A stretch of DNA of 18,312 nucleotides from Richelia sp. CSU_2_1 (GCA_012034575.1 JAAUPF010000142.1:1-18312), one strand, 5' to 3'; shown: positions 1 through 8,246, numbered from the stretch's first letter. Notes: a model not told the origin generated them from the sequence alone. Made by a program: numbers and translations.

Positions 1-480
1 GCCGAGACCTATACCAGCAGTTGGGCAAAGAAACTGATGTTGCCAACCTGTGGGGCTGGATATCGAATTGTTATCGAGATTGGGGCAAGTATCAGCAAGC
101 TTTGGAAGCAGAACAGCAGGATTTAGCAATTCGTCAACGGCTGGATGACCAGTCTGAGATTGCACATTCCTATTATCAATTTGGACGAATCTATCAAGCA
201 TGGAACAAATATGCAGAGGCGATCTCCCATCACGAACAAAGCCGAGACCTCTATCAGCAGTTGGGCAAAGAAACTGATGTTGCCGATCTGTGGTACTGGA
301 TATCCGATTGTTATCGAGATTGGGGTAAGTATCAGCAAGCTTTGGAGGCAGAACAACAGGATTTAGCGATTCTTCAACGACTGGATGACCAACTCAATAT
401 TGCCAATGCCTATCGGAAGCTAGGCAATATTTATGACGCATGGGAAAATTACGAGACAGCCATTCAATACTACCAGCAAA
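1..480 (+). repeat. Near-identical 240-bp tandem duplication inside the TPR gene (1-240 vs 241-480). A degenerate third copy starts at 481.
   Basis: The nucleotide strings gccgagacct(a/c)tatcagcagttgggcaaagaaactgatgttgcc...atcagcaagctttgga(a/g)gcagaaca(g/a)caggatttagc recur at 1 and 241, encoding the same 80-aa block. Confidence 0.9.
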
Positions 481-1106
481 GCCGCGACATTTATCAGCAG
501 CTAGACCAACCAGAAAAACTGGCACGTCAGCTTAGAAACATTGCCAACAGTCAATGCAAACACACCCGTCAGATCGCAGTTCCCACCACAGTTCTCACCC
601 AACTGACTCAAGCCGAACAAAACCTTCAACAAGCCATCCAACTCAACACAAAAGGCGACTACCAAGCAAACCTCGCCCGCGATTACATTAGCCTCAGCCT
701 AATCTGCGCCGAACAACTCCGCCACCTCCCCCCCAACGACCCAACCCAACCCAATCTCATCATCCAATTCCAAACCAACTATCCTATTGGCTTCAACATC
801 TTGACCGCCCTCGGTCAAACCCTCAGCCAAGCGGAACAAAGCCTGAAAATCGCCCGCGCCTACCTCGAAACCCCAGCCCTCCAAAATCTCGAAATCGCGA
901 TCGCCCTCACCCAACAATCCCTCGAAATCTGCCAAACTTACAACCGCCAAAAACTTCAAGCCGACGCCCTCAAACTCCTCGGAGAACTCTACCAACACCC
1001 AGACCAAACCAATCCCAACGCCACCGAAATCGCGCTGCAATTCCTCACCCAAAGTCAAGCCATCGATCGAGAAATAGGGTTCGGTGATGGTGATTTAATC
1101 AAATAG
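1..1106 (+). CDS. TPR-repeat protein, 5'-truncated by the window edge. The reading frame is open from position 3, and the listed M at 21 is a TTG inside the frame.
   Basis: There are repeated about 34-aa TPR-like units (W-LG-Y-A-F-A-P consensus; YQQLGKETDVA.LW.WIS.CYRDWGKYQQALEAEQQDLAI.QRLDD). The frame continues to the window start. The C-terminal part is Q/P/N-rich low complexity. Confidence 0.8.
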   Translation, partial: RDLYQQLGKETDVANLWGWISNCYRDWGKYQQALEAEQQDLAIRQRLDDQSEIAHSYYQFGRIYQAWNKYAEAISHHEQSRDLYQQLGKETDVADLWYWISDCYRDWGKYQQALEAEQQDLAILQRLDDQLNIANAYRKLGNIYDAWENYETAIQYYQQSRDIYQQLDQPEKLARQLRNIANSQCKHTRQIAVPTTVLTQLTQAEQNLQQAIQLNTKGDYQANLARDYISLSLICAEQLRHLPPNDPTQPNLIIQFQTNYPIGFNILTALGQTLSQAEQSLKIARAYLETPALQNLEIAIALTQQSLEICQTYNRQKLQADALKLLGELYQHPDQTNPNATEIALQFLTQSQAIDREIGFGDGDLIK

Positions 1107-1216
1107 CGATACATATTTACCCCCTTTATTTTCACCGACAAACGTAGGGACACGGTACTGCCTCATTGGTGTCAACTTAGGCTTGAAACCCTTGATAACT
1201 CTCGTTGTCACCTGAA

Positions 1217-1383
1217 TCTAGATCCCCCTAAATCCCCCTTAAGAAGGGGGACTTTAAGAGTGCTTCCAGTCCTCCCCTTAAGAAAGGAGATTTTAAGAGT
1301 GCTTCCAGTCCTCCCCTTAAGAAAGGAGATTTTAAGAGTGCTTCCAGTCCCCCCCCTTCTTAAGGGGGGCTAGGGGGGATCTA
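1217..1383. repeat. Composite intergenic repeat. A 39-bp unit (tccccttaagaaaggagattttaagagtgcttccagtcc) occurs three times in tandem. It is bracketed by inverted repeats (gatcccccta ... taggggggatc) and by C-run/G-run palindromes (cccccttaagaaggggg, cccccccttcttaagggggg).
   Basis: Read directly from the sequence. It lies between two convergent genes (the TPR gene ends at 1106 and the hydrolase gene ends at 1483), so it may act as a bidirectional terminator structure. Confidence 0.8.
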
Positions 1384-1482
1384 ATCTTAATCGCCAAACT
1401 GCAATCTCTGACTACCTTTAACCTTAAATTGACACTAATGGACTGAACCTAAGTCCCTACAATCGGAGACTCAACCCGAACT

Positions 1483-2523
1483 CTATTTGATATCCAACCA
1501 ACTATCAATTGACTGAGTAGATTTAACCACATTCATTCCCGCCGCTGCGAATCTTTGAAAAGCTGCATCGGCTTGTTCTGTAAAGTCAATAACGCCGGGA
1601 ACGACTACAGGCGACGTGCAATCTTCCAGTAAATAAACTTTTTTGGCTAACTGTCGATCGCGCGCTACAATCTCTGTTAATAAATCGTCGATCGTCCAAG
1701 CTACGCAGTGGCTTTTTGCTTGTCCGGCTATAATTATTGCATCAAATTCCAGCAATTTATTAATGAAATTCACGTTTTTTTGCGCGATCGCACTTCCATC
1801 AGCCCCGTCTAAAACTTCCGGCCGCAAAACAGAATAGTTTTCCGTTAAGGGATTGCCGCCTTTGATTTCAAAAAGTGCTTGACTGTTGCGGGCGATGCTG
1901 TGAAAAAATATTGCTTCTTCGACAGCGGAAACCAAGGCGTGTCCGATGCCTCCTAACATTGAATGATAGGGCCAAATCGTTAAAGGATATTTGCCATCGC
2001 TGCTGAGTTTTTTGACGTAGTGCAAGCAATGTTTTTCCAAGGCTGCATAGTTTCCGGCTGCGATGCTGCCGGCAACGGCGGGATTAACTTTCCAGATGCC
2101 TTTTTCCACATCTTCGAGAGTAATTAATGTCGCTGCTGGTAAAGGATGTTCGCCTGCTGAATTTATCCAAAAAATTGGATGGAAAATTTGCATGGCAGTG
2201 TGAGTGTCCATTGTCGGTGCAATGGTGGTAATTGAGTTTAAATTGCGGTAGATAAATTCGCACAACCGTACATTATCCTCGATCGCACCCGTCCCCGATC
2301 GACCGCCGACAAATAATTCAAACTCCGGCAAGCAAAAAGTATTTTGAGCGTCAATTACCAACAAACAAACCCGATTTTTATCGCTAATAGCAGGCTGAAT
2401 GCTGTATGTTTCCGCCCATTGTTTAGCAATAGCAGCCCGTTCTTGATAAGGCACGCGCCAGACTTCACTAACTTTTCTCGCATCAAAATATTCAGGAATT
2501 GGCAGTTCTATATTTACCGTCAT
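1483..2523 (-). CDS. Isochorismatase-family cysteine hydrolase (nicotinamidase-like), long form of 346 aa.
   Basis: The N-terminal motif CLLVIDAQNTFC has the conserved Asp of the isochorismatase/cysteine-hydrolase fold. The C-terminal motif AGQAKSHCVAWTIDDL matches the catalytic Cys context (G.A...C...T..DA). The start is ATG at 2523. Confidence 0.6.
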   Translation of the reverse strand: MTVNIELPIPEYFDARKVSEVWRVPYQERAAIAKQWAETYSIQPAISDKNRVCLLVIDAQNTFCLPEFELFVGGRSGTGAIEDNVRLCEFIYRNLNSITTIAPTMDTHTAMQIFHPIFWINSAGEHPLPAATLITLEDVEKGIWKVNPAVAGSIAAGNYAALEKHCLHYVKKLSSDGKYPLTIWPYHSMLGGIGHALVSAVEEAIFFHSIARNSQALFEIKGGNPLTENYSVLRPEVLDGADGSAIAQKNVNFINKLLEFDAIIIAGQAKSHCVAWTIDDLLTEIVARDRQLAKKVYLLEDCTSPVVVPGVIDFTEQADAAFQRFAAAGMNVVKSTQSIDSWLDIK

Positions 2524-2682
2524 AACGATTTATTTTCCAGTGAATTGCAGCAATAATTAAAGCCCACATAAAAAATCTCGAATTCCTCGCAAATCTCTCT
2601 CCCTACTCTTTCTCTGCGCCCTCTGCGCCCTCTGCGGTAAAAAAAGATCGCAAACTAGCAGATTCGAGTATAATCAACAATA

Positions 2683-3459
2683 ATGACTCAAGCATCATTT
2701 TTGGCAAAGTTATTTCAAAGATTTGTCATGGCTCAAGAAAAAGATCGGAGTTCTACTAGCAATATTTTCCAACGCAGCTTGTGGTTCCTGTCGATCGTCC
2801 TGTTAATCGCCCTCTTAATTGTAGCAACTAGATCTGCTGCCGTCCAAGATATTTTAAGAAGCCTGTTAATGCGAATCGAGGCTTTAGGCATTTGGGGACC
2901 GATCGCATTTATAGTTACTTATAATTTAGCTACCGTGCTGTTTGTACCCGGTTCGGTACTGACGCTGGGCGGGGGCGCGATTTTTGGCTTGTGGTGGGGT
3001 ACGGTTTACGTATTTGTCGCTTCTACTTTAGGTGCTACTTTAGCTTTTTTAATCGGTCGCTATTTGTGCCGCGATCGCGTGGTAAAATATATGGCAGGTT
3101 ATCCTAAGTTTCAAGCGCTCGATCGGGCAGTTCATCAAGAAGGATTAAAAATAGTTTTTTTGACTCGCCTCTGTCCTTTGTTTCCGTTCAATTTATTGAA
3201 TTACGCTTTGGGAATTACTCGGGTTTCTTTAAAAGATTATGTATTGGGTTCGAGCGGCATGATTCCAGGAACTGTAATGTATGTTTATTCTGGTTCTTTG
3301 GTGGGAAGTATGGCAACAATTTGTACGATCGATCGGCCGGAAACTCTGCAAGCGCAAATTGCGAATTGGTCAATTAATGTTATCAGCTTGCTTGCCACTT
3401 GCGCGGTCACTGTCTTGATTTCTAGGATTGCTCAACAAGCTTTAGATGAAAGTATTTAA
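2683..3459 (+). CDS. TVP38/TMEM64 (DedA, VTT-domain) family inner-membrane protein.
   Basis: It is a multi-pass hydrophobic protein with the family signature region LTLGGGAIFGLWWGTVYVFVASTLGATLAFLIGRYLCRDRV. Members of this family are frequently paired with mercuric-reductase-like oxidoreductases. Confidence 0.8.
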   Translation: MTQASFLAKLFQRFVMAQEKDRSSTSNIFQRSLWFLSIVLLIALLIVATRSAAVQDILRSLLMRIEALGIWGPIAFIVTYNLATVLFVPGSVLTLGGGAIFGLWWGTVYVFVASTLGATLAFLIGRYLCRDRVVKYMAGYPKFQALDRAVHQEGLKIVFLTRLCPLFPFNLLNYALGITRVSLKDYVLGSSGMIPGTVMYVYSGSLVGSMATICTIDRPETLQAQIANWSINVISLLATCAVTVLISRIAQQALDESI

Positions 3460-3538
3460 TTAGAGCAAATGCCCGATATATTAGAAGACAAATAATGTCG
3501 AATATCAGGGCAGGCACGGGGCACTACCCCTACCACAG

Positions 3539-3575
3539 GTCAACTGTCAACTGTCAACTGTCAACTGTCAACTGA
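3539..3575. repeat. Heptanucleotide tandem repeat (CAACTGT) in about five copies, STRR-like.
   Basis: The sequence reads ggtcaactgtcaactgtcaactgtcaactgtcaactga. It sits 18 nt upstream of the oxidoreductase start. Confidence 0.9.
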
Positions 3576-3592
3576 TAGAAGAGGATTTGTTC

Positions 3593-5128
3593 ATGTCGCA
3601 TTCAGCAGCCGAAGGCGTAACTGTCCCCCCGATGGACGAACACAATCAAAAATTAATCTCCTATTTACATCCGCCGGATTGGGTAAATCCGCAGCCTGCT
3701 AGCAGTTACAATCTAGTAGTAATTGGTGCGGGACCGGCCGGATTAATTGTCGCTGCGGGGGCGGCTGGATTGGGTGCAAAAGTTGCTTTAATTGAGAAAC
3801 ATTTAATGGGCGGCGACTGTTTAAACGTCGGTTGCGTGCCTTCAAAAGCTTTAATTCGATCGGCCCGGGCTGTTGGCGATATTTGGAATGCGGGTAAATT
3901 TGGGGTTAATGTTGCTAACAACCCAGAAGTTGATTTTGCCGCAGTTATGGAAAGGTTGCGCCGGATTAGGGCGGATATCAGTGATGTTGATTCAGTTGAA
4001 CGCTATCAAAATCAATTAGGAGTTGATGTTTTTTTAGGTTCCGGTCGTTTTACTAGCAACAATACTGTAGAAGTTGCGGGTCAAACTTTGCGCTTTAAAA
4101 AAGCAGTAATTGCCACAGGGGCGAGGGCTTTACAGCCGCAAATTCCCGGCTTGCAAGAAGCTGGATATCTGACTAATGAAACTGTATTTAACCTTACGGA
4201 AAAACCCCCGCGTCTGGCAGTAATTGGTGCGGGTCCGATCGGCTGCGAATTGGCTCAAGCCTTTCAGCGTCTGGGTTCGGAAGTTATATTACTGCACAAA
4301 AATGCTCATATTTTGGACAAGGAAGATATTAGTGCGGCAGAAATCGTCCAGCAAGTTTTTGTCAAAGAAGGAATTCAATTAATACTTGAATGCCAAATCT
4401 ATCGCGTGGAAAAAACAGATTTAGGGAAAGTAATTTACTATCGATCGCGCGGTCAAGAAGCATCAATAACAGTAGATGAAATTCTCGCGGGTGCGGGACG
4501 TTCTCCAAACGTTGAAGGACTAAATCTAGAAGCTGTCGGCGTGCGATACGATACAAAAAAAGGCGTATTTGTCAATGACAATTTGCAAACTACAAATCCC
4601 AAGATTTATGCTGCTGGCGACATTTGCATGAGCGAAAAATTTACTCACGCCGCCGATTTTGCCGCCAGAATAGTCATCCAAAATACTCTGTTTTTCGGGC
4701 GCAAAAAACTCAGCGATTTGACAATCCCTTGGTGTACCTATACTGACCCAGAAATCGCGCGGGTGGGAATGGGCGATCGAGAATTGCAAGCAAAAGCGAT
4801 CGACTTTGATACATTTGTAATTCCTTTCGATAAAGTCGATCGGGCAATTGTTGACGGCGAAGATGAAGGATTTGTCAAAATTCACGTCAAGAAAGGCAGC
4901 GATAAAATATTAGGTGCAACTATTGTAGCGCGACACGCGGGCGATACGATCAATACAATTACTTTCGCAATGACAAACAATATCGGATTGGGAAAAATTG
5001 CGAGTGTCATTCACCCGTATCCGACGCAAGCCGAGGCAATTCGCAAAGCTGGAGATGCTTACAATCGCACTCGTTTGACGCCATTTGTGAAGAATTTGTT
5101 TAATAAATGGCTGGCTTGGACGCGGTAA
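3593..5128 (+). CDS. Class I pyridine nucleotide-disulfide oxidoreductase (dihydrolipoamide dehydrogenase / mercuric reductase-like, without the NmerA domain).
   Basis: The FAD-binding motif is VVIGAGPAGL. The redox-active disulfide is GGDCLNVGCVPSK. The NAD(P) site is AVIGAGPIGCELA, and the C-terminal dimerization motif is HPYPTQAE. The ATG at 3593 lies 8 nt after the GAGGA at 3581, so it is preferred over the TTG at 3587. Confidence 0.9.
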   Translation: MSHSAAEGVTVPPMDEHNQKLISYLHPPDWVNPQPASSYNLVVIGAGPAGLIVAAGAAGLGAKVALIEKHLMGGDCLNVGCVPSKALIRSARAVGDIWNAGKFGVNVANNPEVDFAAVMERLRRIRADISDVDSVERYQNQLGVDVFLGSGRFTSNNTVEVAGQTLRFKKAVIATGARALQPQIPGLQEAGYLTNETVFNLTEKPPRLAVIGAGPIGCELAQAFQRLGSEVILLHKNAHILDKEDISAAEIVQQVFVKEGIQLILECQIYRVEKTDLGKVIYYRSRGQEASITVDEILAGAGRSPNVEGLNLEAVGVRYDTKKGVFVNDNLQTTNPKIYAAGDICMSEKFTHAADFAARIVIQNTLFFGRKKLSDLTIPWCTYTDPEIARVGMGDRELQAKAIDFDTFVIPFDKVDRAIVDGEDEGFVKIHVKKGSDKILGATIVARHAGDTINTITFAMTNNIGLGKIASVIHPYPTQAEAIRKAGDAYNRTRLTPFVKNLFNKWLAWTR

Positions 5129-5244
5129 TTTGAAATGTTTTACCAAATCCCGTAGGGTCGGGTTCACCCAGAATCTCTGGGAAAAATGAATCATATAATA
5201 AACCCGCCCCTACCCCACCAACAATACTAATTTACCATCTCATT

Positions 5245-5829
5245 TTACGTTTCTGTTTCTGTTTCAAATTGAACGCCTTCATACAAAAGTTCGATCGGCA
5301 ATTCAAATTCAACACTTGATAAAGTTATAATGTCTCCCGCAGCGTAAGGATAGTACAGCCACATTCTACCTTCTCCCCGACAGTAACGTTCAACAGATAC
5401 TTTTTCAGAATCAATCAAGATATACTCTTGCAAACTCGTAATTTTCAGGTAAGCAGCGAATTTTTCATCTCTATCTTTTCCGCTGGTACTGGGGGAAAGA
5501 ACTTCCGCAATTAGTTTAGGATTCTGAATGAATTTGCGGGAATTGAGGTCTTGAGGATCGCAACTAACTGTGACATCGGGATAGTAGTAACAGCTTTGAG
5601 AACTGATTTGCAATTTCACATCTAATACGTTAATTCTACAGCCTCTGGAACGCAGATGCGGGTACAAGACAGTGTAACAATTAAGTGCAATATCGTTATG
5701 AGGAATTGTATTCTCCATCCTGGCAAAAACTTCGCCGTTGACATATTCGTGACGCATCTCTTGTTGGGCTTCCCATTCGAGATATTCTTCAACGGTCATT
5801 TTTTGGGGTGTTTGGGAAATAGCTATCAT
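5245..5829 (-). CDS. Uma2-family (DUF820) putative restriction endonuclease-like protein.
   Basis: The conserved N-terminal region MTVEEYLEWEAQQEMRHEYVNGEVFAM is typical of the Uma2 family, which is abundant in cyanobacteria. The start is taken as ATG 5829 (MIAIS...). The ORF stays open up to 5898, and ATG 5799 (MTVEEY) is an alternative start. Confidence 0.7.
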   Translation of the reverse strand: MIAISQTPQKMTVEEYLEWEAQQEMRHEYVNGEVFARMENTIPHNDIALNCYTVLYPHLRSRGCRINVLDVKLQISSQSCYYYPDVTVSCDPQDLNSRKFIQNPKLIAEVLSPSTSGKDRDEKFAAYLKITSLQEYILIDSEKVSVERYCRGEGRMWLYYPYAAGDIITLSSVEFELPIELLYEGVQFETETET

Positions 5830-5897
5830 AATAAAATTGCTTTCAATGTTATTTGGATTGTAGCATAATTGGCAGGTCGATCGCACCCACAAAACCA

Positions 5898-6746
5898 TTA
5901 AAAATCCCCTTCATCTACTTGAAAAACAGTCAATCCCAAAGATCGCCACCTATCAACAACTTGCTGGCGATCGTCCAACACAAATTTAATGTTATATTTT
6001 CCATCAATATGCTGTCGGTAGAACTCCTCTTTAATAATTGAATCTTTCCGCATATCTCCGGTTTTCCGCATATAAAGCGCGGCATAATTCACCTCATATT
6101 GCTCCAACCATTTTACAGTTTGAGGCTGACAGTCATCCGTCCTTCCCGAGACTACAATAATCTTCACGTCGGTTTGCCACTTGCGGACGGTATCTAAAAC
6201 AGGCTGATTCGGTAAATCGCGATCGCACGTAGTAGCATCGAAAGGATTTCTACCGTTTAGAAGTGCTAAAGTACCGTCCATATCCACAATAATTGCATCG
6301 GGTAAATCCGGGTTGTATTCCGGTGCGGGAACGGGAACGCGCACGTACTGATTGTACATTTTCATTATCACATCTTTGCCCACAGAATTGAGCCTTTTCA
6401 AATCCCGTTTAATACATTCCTCTACCGGAACTTGCAGAAAAGAATCGTTAACTTCAACGATGGCTTTACCTTTAACTAACTCCTTGATATGCTCGATGTG
6501 GGGGCCGAAATTAGTATCGTCAACAATCACGTGCTTGCCACTTTCCAAAGCCATCAAAATAATCGTATCTCTCAACTGCACGATAAACTTTTCATTTGCA
6601 GGCGACCAATGAGAAGCGTGAGCCATTTCTCGCAATAAATCTTTATTTGTACGCACCCATCTTGCAGGTTCAGACAACAGCAATTCTCTCGCAAATTGAG
6701 ACTTTCCAGAAGCAGGCAAACCGACAAGAATCAAAACTCTTTTCAT
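5898..6746 (-). CDS. pnk: Bifunctional polynucleotide 5'-kinase / 3'-phosphatase, phage T4 Pnk-like.
   Basis: The N-terminal P-loop is ILVGLPASGKS (T4 GCPGSGKS). The C-terminal HAD/DxDGT acyl-phosphatase motif is AIIVDMDGTLA (T4 VIFDVDGTLA). The proteins are collinear to the C-terminus (IIVVSGR...DMRKDSIIKEEFY...DDRQQVVDRWRSLG...VDEGDF vs T4 ...DTRKDDVVKEEIF...DDRTQVVEMWRRIG...ASGDF). Confidence 0.9.
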   Translation of the reverse strand: MKRVLILVGLPASGKSQFARELLLSEPARWVRTNKDLLREMAHASHWSPANEKFIVQLRDTIILMALESGKHVIVDDTNFGPHIEHIKELVKGKAIVEVNDSFLQVPVEECIKRDLKRLNSVGKDVIMKMYNQYVRVPVPAPEYNPDLPDAIIVDMDGTLALLNGRNPFDATTCDRDLPNQPVLDTVRKWQTDVKIIVVSGRTDDCQPQTVKWLEQYEVNYAALYMRKTGDMRKDSIIKEEFYRQHIDGKYNIKFVLDDRQQVVDRWRSLGLTVFQVDEGDF

Positions 6747-6803
6747 GGTAATTGGTAATTGGTAATGGGGAATTGGGAATTAGGAATTGGGAATTGGGAA
6801 TTG
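6747..6803. repeat. Heptanucleotide tandem array (GGTAATT in three copies, then GGGAATT/AGGAATT in five copies) immediately abutting the pnk start codon.
   Basis: The sequence reads ggtaattggtaattggtaatggggaattgggaattaggaattgggaattgggaattg. It starts one base after the CAT (ATG on the minus strand) at 6744-6746. Confidence 0.9.
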
Positions 6804-6824
6804 TAAAACACCAAAGTAGATGCT

Positions 6825-6955
6825 GTAGGTTGGGTTGAGCGAAGGCGAAACCTAACAGCTTATTTTAGGCGAAACCAACAGCTTATTTTCAATAAAGAAT
6901 TGGGAAAGAGTTGGGCGGAGTGAAACGGAGGGTTCGCGGGTTCAACCCAACCTAC
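6825..6955. repeat. 14-bp perfect inverted repeat (gtaggttgggttga / tcaacccaacctac) enclosing a 23/24-bp tandem direct repeat (ggcgaaacc(t)aacagcttatttt, twice).
   Basis: Read directly. The arms are at 6825-6838 and 6942-6955, and the direct repeats at 6844-6867 and 6868-6890. It lies between rnl and pnk. Confidence 0.8.
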
Positions 6956-6969
6956 ATAACTACATATTT

Positions 6970-8055
6970 CTACAAACCTAAATTGATGTAATCCAAACCC
7001 AATAACTCCTCTATTTTATGAATCGTAACATCGCGCAAAGCTTCTTTCACGCCCGCAACTCTGCGAGCCCGCAAAGAAAACAAAATTCCCGAATAAGGCA
7101 AATGTTTGATAGCTAAAGCAAAGTCTTTCTGCACGGCAATATGTTCGTGCTGTCGGTAAACTTCCTCAATTTCTTCAACTAAACGTTGATATTTGTCTTT
7201 AACTTTTTGATAAAGTTCAGTCCATTCAGGAAAATAAGCTAAAAATTCTTCTCCTTCATTAGTCAAAACAATTTCTATCATTCGGCGCGTAGAAAACCCT
7301 TCCCGAAGGTGAGAAATCGCGACATATTGGGGAGACTTAACCTTAACTCTGTTGAAGTTAGCATCGCAAATAATATACCCTTCTGAATCCATCGGATCTA
7401 AATGTTGGGCCGCTTCGATAACTTCTTTCCAGCTAGTTAAAGGATAGGATGCTACCAATTCCCAGCCGTATTTATCAGCCCAAAAACTCGGATCGCTTTC
7501 CCGCAGTGTTTGAATATTGCGAACCCCGTGCAAGGCAATTCGATTGTTAGCTTGCTGGACGACTATTCTATTGTAAGGCGTCATCAATTCAAATATGAAA
7601 CACTCGTCAGTAGCTGACGGCAATTGATATCCCAATTCTTGCCAAACTTTCCAAAACAGTTCGGCAAAATTAAAGCCAAAACCGTTAACTTCGCCCGCTG
7701 CATCGGGAGTGCCGCTCGTTTGGACTCTCCATTCTCCTTTGTAAAAATAGAGTACAGTCAAAGAACCATCTAATTTTTCATAAACTTTGGCAGTTTTCCA
7801 ATCAATTGCAGCGGCGTGGCCTTCCCCGTAATTAAAAAATTTGTCGTAGGGATAAGAAACAATCTGCCAATCTTGAGACTCATCTAAAATAATGCCCCGA
7901 CACTGCTGCACTATTTTTTCGCCCAGCGGGGATTCTATCTGCGAGTATTTCAGACAAGCTAACTCGGGATATTGGCGGTGGCGGGTAACTTTGATCTGAT
8001 AAGTCGCGCACAAAGTTTCCAATCCGTGCTGGCGTAAATACTCTTGCAGTTCCAC
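6970..8055 (-). CDS. rnl: ATP-dependent RNA ligase, phage T4 Rnl1 family.
   Basis: The nucleotidyltransferase motif I is YEKLDGSL with Lys94 (T4 Rnl1 TKEDGSL, Lys99). Flanking blocks also match T4 Rnl1: QCRGIIL (ECRGIMF), DKFFNYGE (EKFFNLNE), IFELMTPYNRIVV (NFEFVAPTNRIV) and EGYIICD...VKVKS..YV..H (EGYVAVM...FKIKSDWYVSLH). The start is GTG at 8055, preceded by AGGAG with a 6-nt spacer. Confidence 0.85.
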   Translation of the reverse strand: MELQEYLRQHGLETLCATYQIKVTRHRQYPELACLKYSQIESPLGEKIVQQCRGIILDESQDWQIVSYPYDKFFNYGEGHAAAIDWKTAKVYEKLDGSLTVLYFYKGEWRVQTSGTPDAAGEVNGFGFNFAELFWKVWQELGYQLPSATDECFIFELMTPYNRIVVQQANNRIALHGVRNIQTLRESDPSFWADKYGWELVASYPLTSWKEVIEAAQHLDPMDSEGYIICDANFNRVKVKSPQYVAISHLREGFSTRRMIEIVLTNEGEEFLAYFPEWTELYQKVKDKYQRLVEEIEEVYRQHEHIAVQKDFALAIKHLPYSGILFSLRARRVAGVKEALRDVTIHKIEELLGLDYINLGL

Positions 8056-8246
8056 GATCGACTCCTAAATTTGTCGCCTGATATATCTTATATGATAATG
8101 CCTGTTTTTGGCAATTAGTCAATAAAATTTAACCCGATTTTTTTCCTGAATGCCTGCTGTCAATTTGGTAGTTAGGAGTACGATCGTACATAAGTAAATT
8201 CAGTCCTGAGAAAAATAGGGCTGTTGCAATATCGAGGAACAAGACA

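Noticed and set aside
699-1058. 119-aa ORF on the minus strand inside the TPR gene (and similar short antisense ORFs at 123..356, 145..366, 1643..1837, 3706..3921, 4362..4885, 4910..5194, 5656..6041, 6352..6612, 9573..9904, 13387..13593, 14580..15624, 15925..16266, 16517..16908).
   Set aside because: They are fully embedded antisense or out-of-frame within much longer ORFs that have clear homology. Their products are low-complexity (Gly/Glu/Leu-rich or Ser/Pro-rich) mirror translations, typical of shadow ORFs.
1233-1349. CRISPR array.
   Set aside because: The 39-bp units are contiguous tandem copies with no unique spacers between them, and no cas genes are present.
2669-2674. TATAAT hexamer as a -10 box for the TVP38 gene.
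   Set aside because: It is only 8 nt before the ATG. That is possible for a leaderless transcript, but with no matching -35 element it is too weak to call.
3587-3592. TTG at 3587 as the oxidoreductase start (ORF-track MFMSHS...).
   Set aside because: The ATG at 3593 is 8 nt downstream of a GAGGA and gives a conventional start. The TTG would place the start inside the ribosome-binding spacing.
6925-6957. tRNA-like T-arm impression (gggttcgcgggttcaacccaacc).
   Set aside because: No acceptor, D or anticodon arms can be built. The segment is the right arm of the 14-bp inverted repeat paired with 6825-6838.
5898-8055. Prophage interpretation of the Pnk/Rnl1 pair.
   Set aside because: No capsid, tail, integrase or other phage genes are in the window. 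The neighbours are ordinary chromosomal genes, and HIP1 and heptamer host signatures are present. It cannot be excluded without the wider genome, so it is kept as an alternative in the finding rather than called.
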